A DNA stretch of 64,000 nt from the human T2T-CHM13v2.0 reference genome, Homo sapiens: the NCBI RefSeq assembly GCF_009914755.1, contig NC_060934.1; one strand, given 5' to 3'. Under the pieces are notes generated by a model, which saw only the letters and a program-made list of their open reading frames with translations, searched no databases and had not been told where the DNA came from. Numbering within the stretch: position 1 is the stretch's first letter; every line of letters starts with the position of its first letter. Positions 27,920-41,571 of the stretch are shown here, piece after piece. The position numbers and the translations under genes were made by a program.

Positions 27920-28435
27920 AGTACACACTAGACACAGAGACACAATAACACATCACACATGCACACACACACTCATATACACATATGCACACACAAATCT
28001 GCAGGCACACACATATCTACATACACATATGCACACAAAAATACACACACCACACACACACATTACACACATATGCACACAAAAATACACACACCACACA
28101 TACACACATCACACACATACATATGCACACAAAAATACATGTACCACACGTGCACATATACATAGAAACATCACACACACACAAAACTATACTACAAATA
28201 TACTACACACACACGCAGATACACATTCATTTCCCACACACACATATGCCCGCAAAATACACACACCACATGCACACACACATTACACATATAAATACCA
28301 CACACACCACACACTACACACACATATATGCCCACCACTGCACATCACACGAATATACAGCACACACACACAAGCATGTGCAAACACACATATACATCGC
28401 ACACAAACAAGTACACGCACACACCACACAACATC
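27920..28435. repeat. Degenerate (CA)n/(CATA) low-complexity tract
   Basis: About 500 bp of acac/atac units. It produces H/T-rich spurious ORFs. Confidence 0.93.
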
Positions 28436-29189
28436 TAAAGGCTAGAAACCCCCATCTGTGCTGTGACAATGAACACAATCAGAGCTAGGTTTCTATTTAC
28501 ATCCCACTGAGAGAACATCGTCTGAATAGGGATTTTACAGACATTCCTCCAATAGCGTGCTCTGGGGGCGCACAGGGAAATATTTGGGGATAGTTACAGT
28601 GAAGCCAGTTTCAGCAGGCCTGTGCTCTGAACTGGGAAGGAAAGCGCAAGTAACAGAAATTCCAAATCAATGCATTTCCCTTCACCTGAGTAAGGGGCCC
28701 TGGAATCACTGGATGGGACATTGCGTCCGGGCTCTGATTAGAGCAGTTCATGTTATCTCCACGCCTTTGTTTCATCTTTCTACTACTTTAACAGCTTCCC
28801 CTCTCAATGGCCAAGACCCACTAAAAACAATCATCAGAAACAAACTTGTCAAATATATCTAGATGTACAAAGTTTTCCTTTGAGAAGGAGATAAGCCTCT
28901 TTCACAAGAGACAATAGGAATATTAAAAGAGAGTCCAAAAGCAAGCCACACGATGGCAGTGTGCGAAACGCTTGCATTTGTGCGTGGGCACGCGCAAAAG
29001 CTGTTCAGAAAAGAAGCCTGGGGGCCCTAGGGGGAGGAACTGAATTCTTTATGAAAGAGGGAAGACTTGAGCTGACCTTGAGATGCATTTTAAATCTTTC
29101 ATTTTTTAAGAAAATATAATCGCATGGCAGAAAACTTTCAAAGTTCAGGGAAAAAATCACTTCATTGCAGCAGTCATTCTCTACATTCT

Positions 29190-29635
29190 TGGCAGGTTTA
29201 TTCATAATAGCATGAAAGGAAAACAGCCCAAAGGTCCATGCGCAGCAAAAGGAATAAACAGATTAACAGTACAGTCACACGATGGAATACTAACTCCATA
29301 GCGCTAAAAAGGAATGAGTGGATACATACAGCAGCAGGGATTAATCTCAAATACATTAGGCTGAGTAAAAAAAGCCAGACCCAAAAAGTGCATTTATAGG
29401 AAGTTCAAGAACAGGCAAAACTAATCTATGGGGATAGGAAGCAAAATCATAGTTGCTGCTGATGTAGGAGACCCCCTGATAGACAGGGGCGCAGGGAACT
29501 TCCTAGAATTGACGCTGCATTCCAACTGGGGCATTGGGCAGGTAGTGTATACTGTTGTCAACACTCATACTGTGTGCACTTACGAGCTGAGCATTTTACA
29601 GTATGTAGTGTGTAATTATATCACCCCAAATAATT
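29190..29635 (+). mobile_element. L1ME 3' end
   Basis: aatctcaaatacattaggctgagtaaaaaaagccagaccc...ggaagttcaagaacaggcaaaactaatctatgg. Confidence 0.7.
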
Positions 29636-30079
29636 GAATCTATTTTCCTAAAACCTATTACTCAGTGATACTAGTGTTTCACTTGGAATCTATGCATTTT
29701 TTTCCTACAATTGAATGTTGATTATTCCAACCTGTACTGCAGACTTGGGGGAGCCAAAGACAAGCCTCTGCTTGATCTTGCTTTCAAGGTCTCTGAATTG
29801 AGATCAGACCTTCACGATTCATTCTGTGTGTTCACACAAGGGTAGGGAAAGAGCTCTGGATGGAAAGAGATATTCAAGTTCGTGTTACTCTGCAGAGCTC
29901 CTGAATCAATGACTTGAGACTAGGCAAGAGAAAAAGAGTCAATAATCTAATAGGTTTACTTTTCTTCAATAAATGGAGGCCACTCTTGATAATAATGACC
30001 TCAACTCTATCCTTGTTATCCAGGAATAAAGTGCATCAGCTATACTCTTGAGTAAATGAAACCAGTCTATTGAAAATAA

Positions 30080-30520
30080 TGAATAGAGGCTAGCATTTAT
30101 TTACTTATTACTGAGCCAAGCAATTCACATGCATTAATCATTTAATCCTCACAATACTCTATGAGGCAGACAATATGAAGACTGTTTTTCCGAGCACAGA
30201 AAGGTTAAGTAACTTGCCTAAAGTTGCACAGCTAGTGAGAGGAGAAGCCAGAATCAATGCATTACTTGGAATGAGGACCAGGAAATGACAATGGAATATA
30301 GAGGGAAGCGGACAAATGGAAAATAAATAATTAAAACCTCTATTGGACAGGCAATTCAAAGAGACATTGGGTATTATCAAGCAAATACTCATTTGCAGAC
30401 AATGAAACTGAGGCCCATGAAGGTTACGTGACTTCCCAAGTCATTCATCTAATTAGGAGAGAGCTGGGACAAGAAGCCATATTTTAAAAATCCCAGCTCA
30501 GGGCCTTTCTACTACATCAA
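30080..30520 (-). mobile_element. Two MIR fragments
   Basis: atttaatcctcacaatactctatgaggcag...aggttaagtaacttgcctaaagttgcacagctagt and gaaactgaggcccatgaaggttacgtgacttcccaag. Confidence 0.7.
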
Positions 30521-31779
30521 AAAAAAAAAAAAAAAAAATTAATTGATTTTTTTTTCACATAATGTCCAATTTTGAAATCTATCCCTGAGGGGATTGTTGG
30601 TTAGATATTCATAGTATTATAAAATTCAAGTCTTGGAAACGGCCTGGAAAGATCTTATGGCCGTTGGCTCCAAATTCAAGCAGCATCACACTTAAACCAT
30701 CCCATCCAGATGAGAATCTTTCCCAGTTTTTAAAGTCTTCCAGATGTATCTCAACTGGATTTTTAAATCTGTTTTCCAGAGCAAAACAGCAGAATTTGGA
30801 AAATAACCTAATATGCATAAACCATGAATGGCATCCCCGGAGAGACACAAGCCCAAACCCTGAGCGTCCAGAGCATTTTAATTCGGGATGCAGTGCTTTA
30901 AAGCCCTAGGGATTATTTTCAGCAGAATTGACTCTATGAATATGAATTATTCTTCATGTCAGCCTTTTTTTTTTTTTTCTGAGAAGGAAATCTGATACAA
31001 GATTGAATAGGAGAACAAGTAGCAGAATTTAGGGCAATATAAAAGGGCCCTGGAAGGCAGGTGAACACATTTTTCTTCCTTGCCCAGAAAAATGTCAATA
31101 GGCATTTTACAGCTTCTCCTTTTCTTTCCTTTGCATTCTGTCCTCACTGAAAATGCCCAGTTCACAGCCTGATATTCTTTGAGCGTTTTTCCATTCAAGT
31201 CCCAGTTAAGTGATCACTCCTGGGTCTCCAACTGGTTTCGGTCCCGAAGCTGTGTTTGCAGAGATGGAAGGATGCTTGTTGAAGTCGGGACGTCCAAGGG
31301 CCACATAAGTGAGGATCTAATTGCCGTGCCTTGTCTCAAGGAGTCTTGAGTTCATGATGTCTTATATTTCTTCATTACTTCCCAAAGCAAAACTTTGTAC
31401 ATCTAGACATATACGACAAGTTTGTTTTTTATGATTGTTTTAGTTTGTCTTGGCAATTGACGTGGGAAGTTGTTAATGCAGTAGACAGATGAAATAAAGA
31501 CTTGGAGATTAGATGAACTGCTCCAATCAGAGCCTGGATGCAATGCCCTGTTGCCCTCTCTTTCAGATCTATCCAAAGTTAACTTGACTCCATCGACTGG
31601 CCCTTAATTTCTGCAGTTCTCTCAGTTCTGGGAATAACCTTATGATTGTTCTTCAGGTGGAGACCCTAGAAAACCTCCAGAGTTTGCTTTGATCCTCATA
31701 CTCCACCTCCCAAGGAGGAATAAATTTGGAAGTGTATAATAAATCAAAGATAAATTTGGAAGCACATATGAAAAAGCTT

Positions 31780-33040
31780 TTATGGGACTTCTGCTTTTGA
31801 GTAAGATGGAGATATTGGTGACAGACTAATCCTGAAAATCAGAACAACTAGATGAAACAGATAAAATCCAAAAATTATCTGTTTTAAAGGTACCAAGGAG
31901 CTGTTGAAGCAATGTAGGTAGAGAGGCTGAAAGACAGCAAAGGGGAGCATCTGCACCAGCCTTTTATCCTGGGGCACTGTGGGTTCACTGTGAGTTCTGG
32001 GTGAGAACGAGAAGCTTGGCATCTAAACTCTACCCAAACCCCTTCTCAGCGGGCAGGATGCAGAGGTTTCAGCAGAGCTCAGGGAAGGTAGCCAGGATGT
32101 GCAACACAATAGGGCCTTCAACACAGGACCAGCTTCCCCCTCAAGACATTTGCTGAATTCTGAAGCTGCAAGGGAAGGACATAGGAAAGCTAAGCTGAGT
32201 ACATCAGAAGAGCTGGGTCGAGTTTTCTGCAGTGTGACGATGCCTTGGAGACCCAGGTTAGAGTTCAGTTCCCAGGAGAGGCAGTGTTCCTGGGATGCAC
32301 CAGCCTCAGTCAAAGCCCTGGAAGTTCATGTTGCCGGAAGAGGATCAGCCCAGAGGAGGCTTACCCAAACTGCAAATTAAAGGCAAAATAGTGAAAGCTT
32401 TCCCTCAAGTGGTGGAAAGAAATAAGGGTGCCTACTGTTTACCACTTCTAACCTACATGGTCCTGGAAGTCCAGGCCAGGGCAATAATGCAAGCCAACGT
32501 ATAAAGGGCAGAATCATTGGAAAGGAAGAAAAAACTTACTAGACACAGATGAACTGACTCTATATGAAGAAAAATCCAAAAGAATCTGCAAACAACTTAA
32601 ATTTAATGTCTCTTTACGCAGTCTCCGCATGTAAGGTCAGTATAAAAAAATCACCTCTATATCTATAGACCTGCAACACAGAGAAAATAAAATCTTGCAA
32701 TTGCAGGATTTGCAACAGCATCGAGGAATATTAAATACTTAAATAGAAATTTTAAAGAGGTATATGAGATTTGTGTTCTAAAGCCACAAAGCATCTCTGA
32801 GAGGGAACTCAAAGGGAGATCTAAATAAGTAGATATAGTAAATAAGTAGATCTAGGACATTTGTCAATCAGAAGACTCACTTGTAAACATGTCGACTCTT
32901 CCTACATGTATCCCCAGCCTCATGCAATCCCAGGAGATTACATGTGTGTGTATTTGTAAATTGACTCAAGTGATTACAAGATGTATATGAAAATGCAGTG
33001 AGCCAAAAATAGCCAGGAAATCTTAAGGAATAAGAGCGGA
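31780..33040 (+). mobile_element. Old L1M fragments (5' region plus degraded ORF2)
   Basis: acatggtcctggaagtccaggccagggcaataatgc and gaaaaatccaaaagaatctgcaaacaact are decayed ORF2 RT-region phrases. Confidence 0.6.
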
Positions 33041-35418
33041 GAGCAGAGGAAGGCTTCATGGGCCGGGTAGGGGGGCGGGGAGCCTTGAGCTAAGCCGTTG
33101 GGTGCATGGGTGGTAAGTGGAATTTTGTTAGGGACTAGAACCATAACAAGTTTGTTGGGGTAACCCTAACACCTATCCTAATGCCTGCCTGATGCCTAAC
33201 AAATATTCAATAAATATTGGTTAAATGTACATATGAATGAATGGACAGATGCTTGAGATAAGAGTATGTCAGGTTAAAAGGACAGTAGAAGCAACAGTAA
33301 AGAAACACGAAACTATCTTACAGTGAGGCATCAAATGTGTCCTAAGTGCGTATGTGAGCTGCAGAAGAAAGGGAGGCTAGAATATTCAGACAGGGCAGTG
33401 TTGTGCAGAGGTCTGAAGTAGGCTTGTAGCATTTGGACCTTATTCTTTAGGCATCTAACATTTTGGAACAATGTAAAATGAGTGATAGGTTGGGAGATGA
33501 ATTGGGCCAGTGACAGGGGAGCCACATGACACCCACCCAGTCACTTCCCTGAAGGACACCCTCTTTGCTTTCTATATCCAGCACCAGCAATAAAATTGGA
33601 ATTCTTTGCTAAGGTCATTGTTCATATATTTAATATAGAAATCTCCCCAAATGTTAAAAGCTGACAGACACTTAATTTAAAAGCCTAAGTACTCTCTGTC
33701 TGAGCCCTGACTATGCCAAAAGCAAAGCTTTTTGTGCTAGCAAGAATTTGATGGGATTTCCTTTTTGCATTTCCTTTTCAAAAACCATTAGAACAGCCAG
33801 CACCATGCTCCTCTGGAGACCCTTACATTCTACCTTCATGAATTTTCTTGGTTAGGAACAGAGTGCATGAACTCTTTGGGTCTCTCTGTTAGGATGGGTT
33901 TCAGCTAACTGTACTTTAGTACAGTTAGTACCAGTGCTTTAATACACACAAGCTTACATTCACAACGAAGTCCAGAGCAAAGCAGTCTGTGATGATTATG
34001 GCAGTTTCATGCTGTCATCTCCTATGAGACAGCCCTGCCAGAAGGGCTGCTCACATCCTGACGGCTAGAACTGGTTACATGGCTGTGCTGGTTGCAACAA
34101 AAGCTGGAAAATGAAGTGTATTGATACTCCAAAAGAAGCAGAGTTTCGGTGATACAGAAGAATATTGGTGGACATTGAATAGGTCACCAGCAGTCATTGC
34201 TACATGATCCAGTCTTCCTTTCTAAAACAAGAACAATCTTGTAGAAAGCGGGAACTTTGAGACTTTCTTAGCTGAGAAATTTGTTGTTATTGTTGCTTTA
34301 CAATCTCTCCTCCTCTCCTAAGAAGTTGTCCAAGGAAACTGGAGGTTGTTTGTTTCTTAAGCTGGTTGAAGATATAGTTTGCAAACCTGAACAGAACAAA
34401 ATAACTATTCACCAGAAGAAGAATTAAAAAAAAGGCAGGTGGAGGTGGGAAGGAATGTAGGCAAGATCAACCAAATCAATAAAAGAACTAATACCCATAA
34501 AGTAAAATGAGCAATGGTCTTGAATACATATTTCACAGAAGAATACAAATGGCTTCAAATTATGGTAAAATTGGATACCAGATAACTATGCTTTTAAAAA
34601 TCAAACTGGGAAATATTTAAATTATGATAATACTCAGTACTAGTGAGCTTGTGGCTTGGGAGAATAATTAGTAGAGCTTTTATGAAAAATCATTAAATGT
34701 ATATATAAAGAGTCTTAGTAAAATGTTTGTTATTAGATCAGAAATTTACCATCTAAAGAAACTTACCGAATATGTGATGTTTTCACAGATCATGAAATTG
34801 AAGGGTACAAAAAAAGAACTTCTATTTTTCTGTGACTAAATGTCGATTTCAAGTTCTCATACCTCCTGGAGTTAAAAAATAAGATCCAGTCAATTTCAGT
34901 GAAAACCTGTTACTTCTGCTTTTCAGTGATTTGGGCTTTACACTCACAGATCTCAGAGTCTCTCTTGCCCCCCTGGTAACACATTTCAGAGCTGGAGAAA
35001 GAGAGGGAGAGGATGGGGGTTTGGACATGGCCCATGTTCATCTTCCCAGTATTCTCTGACAGTCAGCATTCTCCCTGCTGACTTGGGCGGATATGCCATG
35101 TCCAGTTGGGTCCTCACCATTCCTGGTGGCCTCACCTGAGCTGAAACAGCATCTCTCCTGGGCCCCAGGTGAAGGGTCCATCATGCCTTGTGCTCTGGCC
35201 TCCTGCTGCCCCATGTGGAGTGGTCCTTTGCACCTGCCTGCTCAGTCTCTCTCAGCCACCCTGTGTCTCCTTGAGGCAGGGGGAGACTCAGGCGCAGTCA
35301 TAACCCTCTGAAGTGCTAGGACTCCATGCTGCCATGTAAAATACACATTTCTCTATTTTTTGGGCTCCCAAAATAGAACTAAGGTTGGGATGGGGTAGTA
35401 TCTGTACTATGTTTCAAA

Positions 35419-35422
35419 CACA

Positions 35423-35471
<49 letters not shown>
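35419..35471. repeat. (CA)n microsatellite, ~26 units
   Basis: Nearly pure CA run with one TA interruption. Confidence 0.95.
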
Positions 35472-35474
<3 letters not shown>

Positions 35475-37244
35475 GGAAGTTTCTCCCTCAAAGACCCAAA
35501 ACTAGCAAGAGGTACCAGTGATGGGTCTTTTGAAGGGGATGTCATCTGCCCGTCACCAAACTGGGACACTTAACTGTTTTGGTGTCACGGGCCCCTTTGG
35601 TGGCCTGATGAGCCCTGTGAGTTCCTTTTCAGAAACAATGTTTCAGATACATAAAATAAAATACTTAGGAATATAATGGGAAACAAATTATCTTGAAATT
35701 TTGGTCTCTTTACAAACACCAGCTTAAGAACCCTTGCTTCCAATCTTTTCTTTATAACATGAAGTCTATGCCTCAATTCCTTATAGGTTTAATTCTTTGA
35801 ATGCAAAGCAAAAAGAAAAATTTTTCTGTTTTTTAAAAAAGTCTGCTCCTGTCAACCAAAAACATAGATTTTCAGGATTACGTCTCTGTTATGAGTTTTA
35901 AAACTCAAAAAGTAAAACTTTGGCGCTCTCTCTCCTCTCTCTTTCTTGCTCTCTCTCTCTCTCGTTTTGATCTTTCTCTGTGATGAAATCTTCCTTTTTT
36001 GATGTTGGCAAAAAAAAGGGGAAGGGACATTGGATAATTTGAAGGACAAGAAAATCTTTAAAAATATTTTACCCCATGTTATAAGTGCACAGGAATATTT
36101 ATGTACAAAAATATTAATTGCATCATTATTTTAAATTAATAAGAAATTAGAAAAAATATAACATAAGAGGATGGTTAAATAAATGAGAGCACGCCATATG
36201 ACAGAATATTATTTAAGGCCATTTAAAATGATGCTGTCATGATTTTTTCTATCGCATAGGAAAATATTTTTGATCTAAAGTTAAATGTCGAAAAGTAGGG
36301 TTCAAAATGATAGATGTAATATGAACCAAAGAGAGCGAAGAAGAGAAAAGAAAGCAATAGGAAAAATGCTAAAAAAAAAATACCACATTACAGGGATTTT
36401 CTCTGAATGAGAAATATTGCTTTAAGCTTTTCTAAATTTTTTAATGTAGTGTAATTTTCTTCCAAATTAATTTTTTTTCTCATTATCATATTCCTCCTAT
36501 ACTTTGAAAAAAAATTTTAAATAAAGAAAATTTGCCGGAAAGTTGACATTTTAAAACTTTAAAACTTCCAAAGGTAGTTTCTAACAGGCAGCTATTATGT
36601 TAAATACCCAACAAAAGTTGCCACGAATTGCTATCTTGAAAAAAAAAAAAAAAAGACTAAAATGGTGACCTCTGATTTATTTCCATGCTCCAAGTCAAAC
36701 CTTGCCCACACGTGCCGTGTGGGGTTCTGGGGAGTGCGTCTGGCCGTGGTACAGGAGGCCCCAGCACAGGTGCCATCTGATGCCAGCCCAATTACCGCTT
36801 CTGAGTGTTGCAAACTACAGAAACTACACTTCGCTGTTTTCCTCCACCTCAAAATATGTACACACTAAACATTATTATGCAGCTATTTCCTACCGGAAAC
36901 TCAGATCAGAATCAAATTTTAGCAGAAACTACTTTCAATACCAGATTTGGGTGTGTCCATCCCGGCAGTTCTGCACCTAGCACGGGAGTAAGAGTCACCC
37001 ACGTGGGTGGAGGTTTATCCACTCGTCTAAAACATTCCCACTGGAATCGATCACAAATAGAAGAGGGTTTTTCGTAGCTGGAATTTGGTGAAGCAGGCTA
37101 GGGCACCCACGTCTTTCCTTCAATTGGAATGAAAAAACTTGTGTGCATTTTCGAAGATCTTTGAGGTTAAAATGAGTAGATTTCATCTTAAGAAGCCAAT
37201 GTCACCCAAAAGAAAATGAACAGTGTTTACGGTTAAAACCATCA

Positions 37245-37745
37245 GAACAAGATCACGTCTTGTGCAGGAACATGGATGAAGCTGGAGGCCATTATCGTTA
37301 GCAAATGAATGCAAGAACAGAAAGTCAAGTGCTGCATGTTCTCACTTGTAAGTGGGAGTGAAACGATGAGAACTCCTGAACACAAAGAGGGAAACAACCG
37401 GCACTAAGGTCTGCTTGATGGGGGAGGGTGGGAGGAGGGGGAGGCGCAGAAGGGTGGGAGGAGGGGGAGGAGCAGAAGGGTGGGAGGAGGGGGAGGAGCA
37501 GAAGGGTGGGAGGAGGGGGAGGCGCAGAAGGGTGGGAGGAGGGGGAGGAGCAGAAAAGATAACTATTGGGTACTGGGCTTAATACCTGGGTGATGAAATA
37601 ATCTGTACAACAAACTCCTGTGACATGAGTTTACCTATGTAACAAACCTACACATGTACCCCTGAACCTAAACTAAAAGGTAAAAACCCAACCAACCAAC
37701 CAACCAACCAACCAACCTAACAACCAAACAAACAAACAAAAAAAA
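37245..37745 (+). mobile_element. L1PA15-17-like 3' end with internal VNTR and (ACCA)n(AACA)n tail
   Basis: acatggatgaagctggaggccattatc...ttctcacttgtaagtgggag...gataactattgggtactgggcttaatacctgggtgatgaaataatctgtacaacaaac. Possible TSD aaa(c)accatca. Confidence 0.85.
37425..37554 (+). repeat. 5 x 26-bp G-rich minisatellite
   Basis: Unit AGGGTGGGAGGAGGGGGAGG(C/A)GCAGA starting at 37425, 37451, 37477, 37503 and 37529. Confidence 0.95.
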
Positions 37746-38189
37746 CACCATCATCCCCATCACCCACATTCTCCTAAGCTTTGTTCAGGAGTTTCACGAA
37801 AGTTAAGAGAGAAAGTTTCTAGATTTAGTTTCCCCAAACCTTTTAGGAGACACAGTACAGAGCTTTCTGCCCTTTGCTGAAATACAGGCAGAGGAGGTGT
37901 TTTTGGCAAATGGACAACCCTTCACAAAGGGTTTCTTGTGGAGCCGTGAGGCTTTATGCAAGTACACTGTGTGGTACGGAGAGGGCGGCAGCTCATCTTG
38001 TGTCACTTTTCCAGTCTGCGTTAAGTTCGTCTTTTCCTGTTTAGTGGTTCCATGGCCTGAGTGAGAGGTGGGAGGTGGATCTATATTTTCTCTTTTCCCT
38101 TGTACTCTGCCCGTTCCACAACAAGGATGACATTTGTCTTCTCCTTTATGGATGCAAATAATTCTTTGTCGCAGACAGGTGGATGACTG

Positions 38190-38752
38190 TTTTGTTCAAA
38201 TCTTCATGTTTTTAAATAAAATAAGTGTATTGATCATGCCTCTATTTTCTGTATTTCTGATGCCTTGACATCTGAGGCCTTTCTGACCCTGAAGGGCCTG
38301 CCCTTCTTGGGGTTAGCCAATTCCTAGGAAGAGCAAATAACTCCCCTGTGTGTGTACTTTTTATATGGAACCAACCGATCCAGAGCCCTTTCCCCAACCA
38401 TCTCCATAATCTCTCCCATTCAGGGCCACCTCCCCTGCCCTAATCACCCCAGGTCCAGATAACAACTAGGTGCCACGTTTATGCCCCAGAGCCTGCTGAA
38501 ATTATTCACACTAGCAGATCCTAAGCCTGCTCACCCTGGTTCCCCCATTCCTTCCACGGAAGCCACAATAGAGGCTGTGGCCGTGCTTACTCTTCACTCC
38601 ATTTGCCTCCTGACTCCCCATGTGGGCTCCCATGGTGTGACATGCCCCTCCTCCTGGGAACTGTGAGTGACAAACCATCTTTCCAATGGCAGTCATCTTC
38701 TGACCTGTGCCTCACCATACCTGGATAATGGTAAAACCTACATGTTAAAACT
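38190..38752 (+). mobile_element. Old LTR, probably ERVL class (MER54/MER74-like; subfamily uncertain)
   Basis: ttagccaattcctagga, aaccaaccgatccagagccc and gaaattattcacactagcagatcctaagcctgct are recurrent LTR phrases. Confidence 0.55.
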
Positions 38753-39263
38753 AGCCTATTAGAGTGGCTGGTATAGTTCCCAGTCAGTAACAGGTGCCAA
38801 GTAAATGGTACTTATATCTTTCCTCCAACAGTGTATGTAGGAGTACTGGTGACATTTCCCTTCTCTCCCCAAGCCCCACCCCTTGCATGAATTTTTTAAA
38901 ATTGCATTCTCCAAGCTCTGTGACTCTGCCTTCTGTGCCCAAGTTCACCATACGAAGTAGGAAGGATGCAGCCTCCTTCTCAAAACACTAATTTTCCCAA
39001 CTGCAAAGGTACCAAAAGCTGTTTTCATCCTCCAAAAGTCCTCCTCGAAGGTTTAAAACCCTGGGACTGGCCAGATAGCCCTGAGTTGTCTTCATCATAA
39101 ATTAAGACCTAATAAGATTTGGATGGCATCAAACTATCACTCACGTGATTCAGAAAAAGGGACTCAGAGAGAAGAGCACTTGGGGAGAATGAGAGGCCAG
39201 GAGAGGAGAGGATTTTGCAATGGTGGCTTGGAACTGGCCAGGTATCCTTGGTTTAAAAGTTGG

Positions 39264-39716
39264 TTTCATGCGCGTCCGTGTGAAGAGACCACCAAACAGG
39301 CTTTGTGTGAGCAACATGGCTGTTTATTTCACCTGGGTGCAGGTGGGCTGAGTCCGAAAAGAGAGTCAGTGAAGGGAGATGGGGGTGGGGCCGTTTTATA
39401 GGATTTGGGTAGGTAAAGGAAAATTACAGTCAAAGGGGGTTTGTTCTCTGGCGGGCAGGAGTGGGGGTCGCAAGGTGCTCAGTGGGGGTGCTTTTTGAGT
39501 CAGGATGAGCCAGGAAAAGGACTTTCACAAGGTAATGTCATCACTTAAGGCAAGGACCGGCCATTTGCACTTCTTTTGCGGTGGAATGTCATCAGTTAAG
39601 GTGGGGCAGGGCATATTCACTTCTTTTGTGATTCTTCAGTTACTTCAGGCCATCTGGGCATATACGTGCAAGTCACAGGGGATGTGATGGCTTGGCTTGG
39701 GCTCAGAGGCCTGACA
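39264..39716 (-). mobile_element. LTR7, 3' LTR
   Basis: The minus strand reads TGTCAGGCCTCTGAGCCCAAGCC...GGACGCGCATGAAA. It is preceded by the PPT TAAGAAGGCAGGAA (39717-39730). Confidence 0.97.
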
Positions 39717-41571
39717 TTCCTGCCTTCTTATATTAATAAGAAAAATAAAACAAAATAGTGTTGAAGTGTTGGGGCAGTGAAAATTTTTGGGGGGTGGTAT
39801 GGAGAGAGAATGGGCGATGTTTCTGAGGGCTGCTTCAAGTTGGATTAGGGGTGGCTTGGGAACCTAGAGTGGGAGAGATTAAGCTGAAGGGAGGTCTTGT
39901 GGTAAGGGGTGATATTGTGGGGATGTTAGAAGAAACATTTGTCATATAGAATGATTGGTGATGGCCTGGATACAGTTTTGGATGAATTGAGAAACTAAAT
40001 GGAATAACAGAAGGAGAAAAACAGGTATAAAAGGTCTAAGAATTAGGATAACTTAGGATATCTGATTAGAGAGTGCCTAAGGAGATTCAGCATAGTCCTG
40101 CCAGCAAAGATTATTTATTTACTTCAAGAGTTAAGAGTGGCAGTTTGGGGATAGCACCAGGAGATATCAGCTGTGATGGCTTGGAGAAACAGTGTAAACA
40201 GGCAGTGTAAACAAGAGCAGGGCATGTATGAGTAGTTGAGAACGGTGAATAGGAGTATGACAAGACAGAAGATAGTAGGGATGTCAAGTTTTTTGGGGCA
40301 CAGTCTAAGTTGGTCTGGTGTCTAGAATGAGACTGGGGCCTAATAAAAAGGAGCATCCATACAGGAGCTTAAATGGGCTGTACCCTGTAGCATTCTGAGG
40401 ACAGGCCTGAATTCTGAGAAGGGAAAGTGGTAAAAGTATTGTCCAGTCCTTTTTGGTGGCTGAGCTTGGTGAGGTGTGTTTTTAATAGACCATTAGTCCT
40501 TTCTACTTTTCTTGAAGATGGAGGACCGTAAGGGATATAAAGGTTTCACTGAATACTAAGAGCCTGAAAAACTGCTTGGCTGATTTGACTAATAAAGGCT
40601 CATCTGTTATCAGACTGTATTGAGGTGGGAAGGCTAAACTGAGGAATTATGTCTGACAGAATGGAAGAAATGACTGCGGTGGCCTTCTCAGACCCTGTAG
40701 GAAAGGCCTGTACCTATCCAGTGAAAGTGTCTACCTAGACTAAGAGGTATTTTAGTTTTCTGACTCAGGGCATGTGGAGTAAAGCTAATTTGCCAGTCCT
40801 GGGTGGGGCAATTCCTCGAGCTTGATGTGTGGGGAAGGGAGGAGGCCTGAATAATCCCTGAGGAGTAGTAGAATAGCAGATGGAACACTGAGAAGTTATT
40901 TTCTTGAGGATAGATTTCCACGATGGAAAGGAAATGAGAGGTTCTAAGAGACGGGCTAGTGGCTTGTACTATAGCATAACCTGCCTTTGCTGGTGTGTGG
41001 CGATTAGGCCTGGTGGAACCGCCATCAATAAATCAAGCATGATCAGGGTGAGGAACAGGAAAGAAAGAAATTTGGGGAAATGGGGTGAATGTCAGGTGGA
41101 TCAGAGAGATAGTCATGGGGGTCAGGTGTGGTATCAGGAATAATGTGGGAGGCCGGATTGAAGTCTGGGCCAGGAACAACAGTAATTGTGGGAGACTCAA
41201 CAAAGAGTGAGTATAGCTGAAGGAGCCGAGAAGCAGAAAGTATATGCGTCAGGTATGAGGAAGAAAATAGATTTTGGAAGTTATGAGAACTGTAGAGAAT
41301 GAGTTGAGCACAGTTTGTGATTTTGACGGCCTCTAAAAGTACTAAAGCAGTGGCAGCCGCTGCATGCAGACATGAGCGCTAGGCTAAAACAGTAAGGTCA
41401 AGTTGTTTGGACAGAAAGGCTACAGGGTGTTGTCCTGGCTCTTGTGTAAGAATTCTGACCGCGCTAACCATGCCTAGGAAGGAAAGGAGTTGTCGTTTTG
41501 TAGAAGGTGCTTGGGTTTGAGAGATCAGTCGGACACGATTGGCAGGGAGAGCACGTGTGTTTTTATGAGAA

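Noticed and set aside
27735-28488. 236-aa H/T-rich ORF
   Set aside because: L1 3'UTR fused to CA low-complexity sequence.
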